Shown in pieces: positions 25,401 to 37,400 of a stretch of DNA of 64,000 bases. Position numbers and translations under genes: made by a program. The stretch is from Amphiscolops sp. MND2022. Its lineage: Eukaryota. The stretch spans positions 27,344,001 to 27,408,000 of the forward strand of contig OZ076409.1 in assembly GCA_964187785.1 (NCBI GenBank), given 5' to 3'. The notes under the pieces are model-generated. The model was not told the origin of the DNA, did no database searches, and saw nothing but the letters and a program-made list of their open reading frames with translations. Each line of letters begins with the position of its first letter. Positions within the stretch are counted from its first letter, which is position 1.

Positions 25401-28400
25401 TCCGCGTGAGGAAAAATTTGAAAAAAATTTCGAATTCTTTGAAAATTTTTTCTTCGATTTTTTTGGTCTCCGGTAAGTGGCATAGTGCCGAAAAAGATAA
25501 AAGGGGGCCCTTTGGGAGGTTTTGAACATCCATTTTTTTGCAAAATAGAAAAAATGAAGGGGGACCCTTTGGAGACATTGAAAAAATTTGCGAAAAAGTC
25601 TCACAAAGCCAAAAAACCTGCACAAAAAAATTTTTGGTCACGAGCGTGACTCGATTACACGTCCTTCTGCTTGGCAGACCTCAAAAAAGCCTAATTAACA
25701 TCTATGCCAAGTGCCAGTAGTCTCTATGTATGCAGTTAGTGGAAGCCAGCTTATAAAGCCTAAAAAATCGTTCATTTCGTTGGTCTTAAAAAAAAGTCAG
25801 TACTATAGTCTACGTGTTTCTACGAACAGCGCCGACTAAAAAACGTCTGAAAAAGAATTTTCCTCAATCAATACGAAACCTCATCAGTGCCACAGCATCA
25901 TAAAGTAGCGAAGAAGTCAGGAATCAGGAACCATGTTTCCTTTACAGAAAACCTCAAAATACCAAGAATCATGAAATATTTTTCTATAACTTTTATTGAA
26001 CGTTTTTTTACTTCGGTAAGTTTTATAGTGCCAAAAAACAAAAATGGCAATTTATGCTCACAAAACGCTGTTGTTTCTGATAAAAATCAAGGGAGAGATT
26101 TTGTGTTTGGAAAAAAATGTGAAAAGTTGCACAGTGCCGAAAAATTTTCAAGGGGGCCCTTTCGCCCCTACTTTTGCATACGTGAACATTGTTGGTTCAG
26201 TGCGCTCGAACGGACGTAACCCTGCTTTACGAAATTCGCGTTAACCACTGGGCCAAGTTGCAGTGAGAAGGTAATTGATAAAATGGAGAACTTTTGGTAT
26301 AAGTGATTTAAACAGATCAACTGTTTCGAAAAACTGAGGAAGAGCAATGACTGTAGTCGCTCTTTTTTAAAGAAAAGTGCCTACTAAAAAATGGCAAAGA
26401 TTCAAACATATTCAAAGTGCTTTGAGAGGTTCCTTCTGTGAAACGTCTACAGTCAATCTACAGAGAGCTATATTAGGCCAACGAGGTCCCCTCTGCATAT
26501 TGTTTTTAGTCGGAGTTTTTCGTAGCAAAACGCAGACTATAGTAGTATTTTTTTTCTTTTTTTCTAAGATCAACGAAGTGACAGAATTTATAAGCTTTAT
26601 AAGCTGGCTTCCACTAACTGCCACACTCATGTAGCTTCTTCTGCTTCCGGAGATTTTTTGAGATTTTTTGTGGGCTGCTAAGCAGGAGGACGGGTTCGAG
26701 TCCCGCCCATGACCAAAAGTTTTTTGCGCAGGTTTTTTGGCTTTGTGCATCGATTTACAAGCATTTTTGAGTGAGTTTTTTGTCAAATGTATGTCCTAAG
26801 AAAAGTATAGTTTTTAAAATTTTGGCTGTCTTTAGCTTTTTGATTATATAGTGTATAAACGTTTCGAAGTTCTACTTTTACAGAATTGTTTTAATGTGAA
26901 CAAATGTAAATTTTGCACCACGTTTTCTTTTTTGTTTGATTTGTTTTTATCAAACACTTTACAACGGTGGTTTAGGGGTTACGTGACCCTCCAAGTCATG
27001 CCAATTGATGTTATTTCCCTAAATTTTCAAGTTATCTTTAATATAAATTGTTTTTAGTGTGCTGTTTTGGGTAGAAAACTTGTTCGATAAATTCCCATTT
27101 GTGTAAAAAAATTAATCATAAGGTTAGTTTCAATTGGGAACTCTTGCAAACGTAGAACATGACTTTTTACTTTTGTTTTTCGTGTGATATTCTAGACTCA
27201 GTAAAATTGGCATAGAAAAGTTTCGAAGTTTTTCATTCAAATTTGAACAAAACAGAAATGAGGGACAAATGGGGCCCTTATTATTCATGCAGCAAGCACT
27301 CACGCTAGAGTTTTTGATTGGTTGCGCAATTTGTTAAAAGATTGGTTTCCGAACTTCTTTTTGGCACGGTCGCCTGTTGTTTGTATTGCTGGCAATATCA
27401 TCATTAATTCAAATTCATAAGGTTCATTAATGTCGAAGATGTCTAGGGTTATTGTTTTGAATTGTTTCAAGGTCATCGACAACAACTTGGACCCCGTGTG
27501 GAATGAACTGCTCAAGTTCAAGTGTGACGAGAATGCGGCCGAGATGGTGTTCACTGTGTGGGACAAGAACTCCTTCACCAGCGACGAGCTCATGTGTTTT
27601 GGTGTGGCCCCTCTGGCGGGACTCATTCAGAACGTGGACAAGGAGTACACGATTCCCCTCAGAGGTCAGACAGACAAGATTCTTTCTCACTTTTGCAATT
27701 AATCAACTATAAAAGTTATGAATTAATTATAATAGTTCCAATTACAAGTGAAAGCTTCTTGTCAAACGTGAGAAAATCTTGTCCTAGTTTGAAATGAAAA
27801 AAATTTCATTGAGTTGAAAGAAAATTTGAAAACTGGAAAAGCGATTTCATCTTGTTTTTCATTTGTTTTTCAATGACTGTTTTGTTTCCCAATTGAACGT
27901 TTATTGGACGATAATTGGAATAATCTCCGAGATATGCCGACTGATATAATTTGACCATAAAATCGACAAATGATGCCAATTTTGATAGTTGTCGGAAGAC
28001 AAAAATGTTGAACGTTTTTAGTTGGGTATTGTTTTTGGCTCATTTATATTGCCCATTTATATTCCTGTAAAAAAATTTTTTACATTCTCAAATCAAATTT
28101 TTACATTTTTTGAATGTTTGCTTTCGTAGTTTTCGTTTTCTAGCACAATGTTCTGCATCTATTTGTAGGTGTAAATACTAGTTAGATTTTTCTGGAATGT
28201 TTTTTTTCGACCTTTTTCGACCAAACAAAAATCAATTTCAGGCTAAATAGAAGTCGATTTCAGGCTAAGAATGGCGCAAGGCGTGCCGCAAATGCTCATG
28301 TCTGAGACTTGTGAATCTAATTCAACTGTATACAGTTGAATTAGATTCACAAGTCTCAGACATGAGCATTTGCGGCACGCCTTGCGCCATATATACAGCT

Positions 28401-31400
28401 CTTATTGGTGAAATTATGAAAATAACATTTGACAGTTGGTTGGAACTTCTGTGCCATTCAGAAAATTGCCAAATTTATTGAAAAATATTTGAAAAAAAAA
28501 CCAGCTTTCATGAGTTTTGCTTTGAGTTTTTTTCTTACATTTAGTGCTTTGAATGTGTTTCCTTTGAGCAAATAGAAAAGACCCTGGAATTATTGGGGAA
28601 AAATCTTCCTGGTTATGAAAATTTTGTACGGTGACCATTTTTTGTTTTAACGGCAAGGCGAATTTTTGGTTCTGTTTGTTCACGAGGTTTTGATTTTGCA
28701 GGAAGAGGTGAGTGAAATCGATAAGCACACTAACCAATGTTGTTTAATGAACTGATCTAGTCTTCTTTCAGAAAATTGGTAACCACCCAGTGTTCAATGT
28801 TGCTTATTTTGTTCAATTGTTCTTAGATAAACACCCGGGTTGACTCTCTTACTAGCATCTTGGCTGTCTTAGCAAGATCTTACCAAATTCCTACTCCATC
28901 TTGGCGACCGTGGAACCCATGGCCAGATTCTTAATAAGATCTTACTAAAATAATACATCATTCCAAAGTCGTATCAGCCGAGACTCAATCTATAGGCTCA
29001 TTTCACCCAACAGCGGCTATTTCTACTCGTTTTTATAACCAAAATGAAATGAATTTACATGCAAAAATGTGCGAAAAATTGCGATAACGTATTCTGGCTT
29101 CCGAAATTTTGACGAGAATCCTAATAACTCCTCACCAGTTTAAGACTAAAAAATGCGAATGTACCAAATGAACGCTCATTTCAAGGAATTTTGAAAACTT
29201 GTAACTTATCACTCCTGTCAGTTCCAGACACGGAGAAAAATGGTCTCAAACATCCAAAGCCACTATCGGAAAGTTACACAGGGAACACTAAGAAATCCGG
29301 AAATTTTTTGTTATCATATCTGTTTGGATAATGTCATATCGAGTTTGGGTAATGATTCAGCCGTTGTTGGCGACGGTTTTGCATGATAGAACAATTCAAT
29401 AATCAGTGAATGCCATCAGGACTCTTCAATCAAATTGTATAACCCGCTAACAGAAAATTTTGCGGCAAATTTTTTCTGGGGAACATAGCTCTCTTAGATC
29501 TTACCATGACAGCTTGCCAAGATATTACTAAGATATCCATGGAGGACTGCACCAAGGACACTGTTTGCCTACGGTGCGGAGGCGAGCACAACATTAAGGA
29601 GTGTGACGAGACAAGAGAAGCGTGCTGCCCCAACTCTCAACAAAACCACCCTGCATCTTACCGAGGCTGCCCTACTCAGAAGTTGTCAACAACAGGAACC
29701 TCCGCCCAAAGAAGAACTACGTAAGACAATCGAATAAAACACCACCAAAACAGAGACGGATTTACACCTCATCAAAGAAAGATTCGAAAGCGATCACAAA
29801 CAAGCCTTGGAAGAAATGGTAAAACACTTGAAGAAAATGGAAGAAGGAGTATTCGTCTTTATTGCTTCTCTGACCTTGCTGATCAAAAACCTTGTAGGAG
29901 AACAGAAGAAACCCGAAGCAGTCAGAACTCTAAGACAAGTTGCAGAGCTAGCCAAGAAAGCTTTCGGCAAAGAATTCTCTCCAAACCTTCAGGAATATAA
30001 TAGGAAGGGAAGAACAACCTGAAGATACTGCAACTCATTTGCCTAGGATTGAGACAAAAAGTGCAAATTGTGGAAAAATACCTTGAAGTGAACGACATTG
30101 ACATAGCGATCTTCAATGAAACGAAAGAGAACTCGAAAAAGCAAGTCAAGTTCTCGAGATGGCAAATTGCAGTTAGAACAACCCATCGATGGCACAGAAG
30201 AATGATCTGTGTGAGAAACGGAATGTCTTACAAAGAGGAAACCAGCGCATCCACCAACGAATACGAGTACATCAGGCTCAGAACAGGCGACTTGACAATA
30301 AATGCTGCTTATGTCCAACCTGAAAAGTCTATGTCAGCAACAGAACTCCTCATCACTAACACCAAGGAACACCTCATAACCCCCAACTGCAACAAAATAA
30401 ACCCAACAACCGATGCCTATCGAACAAACTTGAGCAAGACCAATTCCATCTGGAATGCACGGCTATGACGGAGATCTCAAGGAGAGCCTAGCAATCAGAG
30501 CGGACGAGAAAAGACCTTGAAAGACAAGAAGTCAAAATCAGCGGCAGATGTCGACGGAATAACCTACAAGCATCTGAAAAACGCACCCATGGAACTGAAA
30601 GAGCTCATCTGCCAATTGATCAACGGATGCATATGGCTCAGTACCACACCCGACAGATGGAAACAAACAATCGTCAAAATTATCCCTGAAGGGAACAAGG
30701 ATCCAACCAAAGTAACTAACTACAGGCCCATCAGCCTAATCAGCTGTCTTGAAAATCCTCGAATCCAAAGTAAAGGAAACCATTATGAACCACTGCATCG
30801 GAAACGAAGTTTTTGGCGAGAACCAGTACGCCTACCTACCAGGAAAAGGAAATCAGGACAGTCTAACGAGGCTCAGCAACGAAATAGCAACGACCATCAC
30901 AAGAAAGGGAGCTACAGCAGTGGCCTTCATGGATGTCGAAAAAGCCTTCGACAGCGTCTGGCACAAAGGACTCTTACACCAGATGAAAGACTTGGGACTC
31001 CCATACCACATGATTCTATGGACTATGGACTATCTTGAGAAACGCAAAGTGCAAATCAATCACAGCGGAGCACTATCAGAAGTTTTGCCATCAAGAGCAG
31101 GCGTCCTTCAAGGAAGCACAGTGTCACCAGTGTTCTTCATCATCTACGTCTCCAAGCCATCTGTCACGAGATGTAAGTTGCTGCAATTTGCCGATGACAT
31201 TGCGCTCGTGAATTAATGGAAAACCACGGAAGGCGCTAAGAACGGCCTCATTCGGGGCATGGACGAGCTGAACGAGTGGTGCAGCAAGTGGAGAATAAAA
31301 CTCAACCAAGGCAAAACACAAGTAATGTTCTTCAACTGGAAATTCGAAGCCACCACCCCTCTAGTCTATTTCAAAAACAGTATCCTGCAACAACCAAACG

Positions 31401-34400
31401 AGATCAAGTTTCTGGGCCTAACGTTCTAGAAGAGGCTTCAGTGGAGCCGACACATCGAGGAGACCAACAAGAAGATGAGAGCCAAAGTGGCGCAACTGCA
31501 CAAACTGAGAACCCGAGGAGTTTCAGCCATCAAACTCACAGAGTTGTATAAGGTTCTAATAAGATCACACATGGGGTACTGCACGACAGCTTGCACGAAC
31601 ATACCCAAATCGCTTGTTCAAAAACTGCAATTTACCGAAAACGAAGCATTGAGGACAATCATGGGTAAACCCCCTCGGACAAGGATCGAAGATCTACAAA
31701 AGGAAACGAGGACCCCCTAGTTGCAGATTTCCTAAGAAAGCTCAACAATCATTATATTACAAAACGCCAAGAAAAAGGAAACTCAAGTGGAACATCAACT
31801 GGAAGTAGCTGAAAGCCTGATAGGAGTTCGAAAGTGGAAGACTCCAATGATTGCAATCTTAGAACACATGCACTGAAGAATTGAAGCAACTGAATCAGTG
31901 ACTAAGTTTCATGAGGTTCCGGACAGTGTGGCTAACACTGGAACTTGGCGAGTCCACACAGGCGTTCAAGCGAGACGATTCAGTTGGATAACCCATATCT
32001 GACCTCTAACCAATGTCTTGAGCTTTCTCTAAAGCACCATGCTCCTCAAGCACAGCTATCACCACTGTACACCGGATCTTGCACCGCAGAAACTTGGAAG
32101 TCACAGGGATTCGAACTCGATCCTTCAAGCCCACTGCTAATTGAGCTAACCACTATGTTACAACTTGACGAAGTCAGGTACCTACAACTCGATAATATTC
32201 AGACAGCACAACGAAAAACGACAACTTTTACTAACGAGCTTCCTCATTAGGTATGAGTTAAAAAATGCCTTCGCTTCAGGAAAAACTTAAAGCCTGGACC
32301 AATCAAATTCAAGAGAAATGACAGAAACAATGTAGTCACAAAAGGTCCCATCCCCCATAATTGTCCCCGCAACCAAGACCACCAACAACTCCCTGGAACC
32401 AAGCCCACCCAACGAAGCAGCGACCTCCTGATGGTACGGGATCAAGAGGGGATGGATGGATGTATCCCTCTAGCTCAGAGCAACCTTGCAACCTTCAAGC
32501 TCCAAGCAACTTAACTCCTAGCAGCAACCAACCAAGAATACTCCAAGCTCCAAGCAAGCTCCTAGCTCCAAGCAGTAGTTTGGGACCAACGAAAAACAAA
32601 GTTAGAGCAAACCCAAAGAAGACCACTTGAAAGGCTGCGAGCAAGACGCAGCCTGAGAAGTTTGGAAGCGAAAGCTTCCGGAAGTAGAAGACGAAGGTTA
32701 TCAAATCTGTTTGGATAATGTCATATCAAGTTTGGGTAATGATTCAGCTGTTGTCGACGGTTTTGCATGATAGAACAATTTAATAATCAGTGAATGCCAT
32801 CAGGATTCTTCAATCAAATTGTATACCTCGCTAACAGAAAATTTTAATGTCTAACAATATAAATCTGCGAAAATGTTCGTTTTTGTTGACTTCCTTTCAG
32901 AATTTTTCTGGCCAAATAGGATTTTGCGGCAAAATTTTTCTTGGGAACATAGCTCTCTTAGATCTTACCATGACAGGTTGCAATTCTTGGCAATATCTTG
33001 GCAAGATCTTAGCTAATACTTTTCCAAGGTCTTGCCAAGAAAATACTAAGATATCTATGGAGGGTCGACCCGGGTATGCTTTCTTGTGCAAACGTTTACA
33101 CTTACTGTTTCGAATTGAGAAAATCTGCTGAAATGAGTGTTACAGGGAAAAAGTGTTACATGGGAAAAATATTCAAGATATTCATCATTTCCAGAAAAGG
33201 GGATCAGAAATTGTTTCTTGGAATGAATATCTGAAAGATATGCATAGAAAACATTTTACTTCAAAAACTCAATCTAACGGAACGATATTTAAGTTCCTGA
33301 GTTCGAAATTCGAGCATAAACAATGTCTAAAATAGTGCAAAACCGGCGGTTGAGGAAGCCAATTATCGTTAATCTGGAAAACACAAAATCGTTTAGCATG
33401 AGAACGTTTAACGCTTGAATTTCAATAACCTGATATTCTTGAAACAAATAAGATCGACGCATGCTAAAAAGGTTCAAATTCATCGACTGGAAATGGAAAC
33501 TCGTGGAAATGCAAATTGGTGCCTAAAATAGAAATGCACATGGTATTAGACAGTTTTAAAACGAATTTTAAAAAAATGTATGCACGCTGCCCCTCGCCGT
33601 TGAAAAATCCCTAAGTTTCTTCACAAGCTTCGATCCGTTAGGTTTCTTCACGGACCGCGCTTAGTGAGATATCCTGTTTGTTTTTGCATATTGACTGAGC
33701 GTGAGCGGAAAGCTTCAGTTACTGCGTATCTCTAACCACTATCTCAAGTTTGCAACATAGCATAGGCTGGAATAAATTTGCCGTGGTTTGTAATGAATTT
33801 TCTAATGTAGTAATTTCGGTGCGCTACTTTGTACGCATCTTCCGCTTTGTCAGTGTTAGTGGGACGTCTGCTTCTTTTGACATGTTTTACTAGCCGATAG
33901 AAAGAAAATGGAAAAATGGATTTTTTTAAAAATTTTCAGCCTTTTTGATATTTCCCCGAGTTTAACAGTGAAAGACTTCATCGTTGATAACAGTGACGTT
34001 TATCTTCCTTTCACCAAATTGTTGCTGTGAAGCTTAATGGGAGAAAATGCTTTAAGCTTGAAGCTAGTCCAATACATCTACTTCTATATTAAATTTTCCA
34101 TCTTTCAAACCAATCGAATAATCGTTCAGCACAAACCTTTTTGGGGGTAAATTTAACCTTACAATTTTTGCAACCATTGTTCAATTTGATAGCAAAGTCA
34201 CTTAGTAAAATGTCACTCTAGTTTGGGTCAACCAATGAATTGTCCACGAAAATTTTTTCCTACAAACAGTGCCCAAATACCTGTCTATAGAATAGTTTTT
34301 CGCCTAATTAGGTTCCCGATTGTGTTCGTATGAAGACATCAGTTTTAGATGGATGTATGGTGGCTGAAAACATAAGAGCGATATAAACGTTTCTTCGACT

Positions 34401-37400
34401 AACATTGAGATTTTTCTACATGACGTGCCGAGTATACCTACCTTTTGTCACTCCAAATATTTCATGAAGCTAATTAAAGTATCAGAACAGTTCGTCAGGA
34501 CGTCAAAAACTTCAAGAGGGTTCTAGCTTGGAATAAAGGGAGAAAACGAGGAAAAAACTTTTCAAATATCAATGTTTTTCATTTCAACAACAAATGAAAT
34601 TAAATATCAAAAAATGTTGGAAAAAGGCATTTTAGTAGTTGAAATGAAAAACATTGATATTTGAATAGTTTTTTAGTTTTCTAGATTTAACTTATTGAGA
34701 GCGAACATTATTGATTCCAGGCACATGTGGCTGGAATCAATAATGTTCCCTCTCAGTAATTTAAATCTAGAAACCATTCGTTCTCTTATGGTTAATACCG
34801 CTGAAACATCTTGTTTATTTGTAAAGTTCAGAAAAGAATTTGGCTTATTCTAACGGATTAAAAAATCTCGAATATCGACGATACTAGACTGTCTATTTCC
34901 ATTAGCGCCGACAAAGATGTCTAATTGATCAGCCATGAATTTGTTTGTATATTACTGGAACTAAATGTTGGTCCAGGTTAAATTTTTCAGCATAAAATTG
35001 TAAACGCAAAATTTTTATTGCAAAAAATATCCATGCTTTCGAAAAATTTGATATCAGAATTAGTTTCATTAGGGGCTCAGAACGATCGTTTAGGCTGTGG
35101 CATGAAGCAGCCAATTCATGGCCAATACATAAACAAGTTCAAGTACCTGCTAAAATGATGCCACGTACTATTTAGCATACATTACGTTGATGATTTAAAA
35201 TACAGTTGAATTCTACAGTACATGATACTTTGTCTGAGTTGATAATCTTACTTCAGTTTTAATTCAATCTTATTATCCACCTTTCTCCAAATTTATTTCA
35301 TGACGCAGTTAGCAATCTGGAAAGAACAACATGGAAAATCATTCCAATCCAAACTCAACGGAAGATGGTCCGAATACATCGGAACAGTCAACCAGGACTA
35401 ACAACAATCAAATAATATCCGAATGGACGGAACGAAGTAAATACAAAATACCGATTTTATCGGACAGAGAAACGGACCTCACAAAGATCAACCCAAAAAT
35501 GTGGTGGGAACAGATATCGGAGTATACACCTGACATACAACCGAAACCTTGGCGAAATCATAGATCAAGAAACCGAATATATGGACCCACACAACGTATA
35601 TTACATAAGGGGTGACGTCATCTGGGCGCTCGGCCCAAAAGCCAGACACGAAATGATGAGAGGCCAATGGGGCCGAGAATTGAAACACGTGATCCTACCG
35701 GACCTACTGACGTTATTCAGGAAAATTTTTCTTCCTGTAAGAAACGTATTTCACAGCAGGGCACAATTTTTATTAACATGAAGCAGGACGACAACCAAAA
35801 CACTAGAGGAAATTTGGAAAAGATTGGTGGACATCGAGAGGAAGTGCGATTTCAATAGTATCACAGCCGAAGAAATTATTACATACAAATTCGCAGCCAC
35901 CATCAAAGTCAAAAAAGCCCGCGACAAGTTCATTCAAGGCCCACTGAAAATACAATTGGTATTCGAAACCATCGAACTTGATAACTACAACCGTAAATAC
36001 GGGATAAAAAACCGAAAAACAAAAAAACCCAGAAAAATATCAAACAGCTCATCAGAAGATGAACAGATCGGATACACCAACCAAGCACGAAAACGAAAGT
36101 AAACAATGCCCGCCAAACATTCTCATACTCGAATTGCCGGTTTTGCGGAAAACCGAATTGGACACTGGAATACACATGCCCGGCACGAAAACCGCAGTGC
36201 AATAATTGTAAGAAGATGGGACACTTTGCCAAGGTGTGCAAACCCAAGACCGTCAACCGGCTGAGTGAAGCACCGACATCGTGCAGTAACACCGAATCAT
36301 AGCCGGAAATTGATCAAACTCAGTCCGTCAACAGCATCAGTCGAGTAGATTTCTACAAAACAATCCTTTTGGTCCAAGAACAACCAATAGAAATTATCGT
36401 TGATACCGGCTCCCCAGTGACAAATATACCGCCGATAATTAATCCAACCGAAAGAAATAAGATAACAAAATTCTTCGTAGACGTGCACAAAAACCCAATA
36501 AAAGTCAAAGGCGAGGCAATGGTGGAAGCGAAAACGGAAAAAAGCAAAGAAAAATTACCAATTCTCATCACAGAAAACAAATTACTCAACCACTATTGGG
36601 CCTAGATTGGTTAGACAAATTGGAAAATGGTCTACAGGGTGGCAAGAAAACAAGTATCATACGACATGTGGATAAAGACGAAAGACTAGAAAGAATCGTC
36701 TATGAGTATGAAGACCTATTCAAACACAACCATACTATTAAAGATCTGATATTCGACAATCAGCTGAAAAAAGACTCCAGACCAATACAATAAAAAGGAT
36801 GTCAATGATCGATTTGGATTACGCTTATGGGCAAGCAAAATTATCCGAAGAAGCGGCCAAACATTGCGTATTCACGATTATCGGAGGAGATTTGACGGGA
36901 CATTATCGCTTCAAGAAAAGTTTTTACGAGCTGTCGGATATCCGCACGGTATTCCAAGAACATATAGACTACGTACTGGAATTTAAAGCACCAGTGTGGA
37001 TAGACGATATTATTTGCCTGACAAACGGCAGCATTAAAGACCACAACCGGGAAGTGCGAGCAGTTCTCACCAAATTGCAAGACGCCGGTGACCGAGCCAG
37101 TGAAAGGAAGACTGAATTATTCAAAAGGGAACTGACGTGGCTGGGCTATTATATTAACCGAGAATGCGTGAAACCAATCAAAGACAAAACGGACGCAATC
37201 ACCAAACTGGAAGCCCCGAGGAACGGTAAAGAATTAAAATCCTTCTTGGGTCTTATTCAACATCTCTCGAAGTTTATAAACAACCTATCAATGAAAACAA
37301 ACAAAATGAGGGAACTCCTGAAGAAAGACGTCAGCTGGGAATGGACGTCGGAGATAGTTGAAGACTTCGAAAGACTGAAAAAAGAGATCACGGATGCCCC

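Noticed and set aside
26640..26715. Possible tRNA gene (B-box and CCA end)
   Set aside because: No complete cloverleaf can be folded; it is part of a dispersed repeat and is reported under findings instead.
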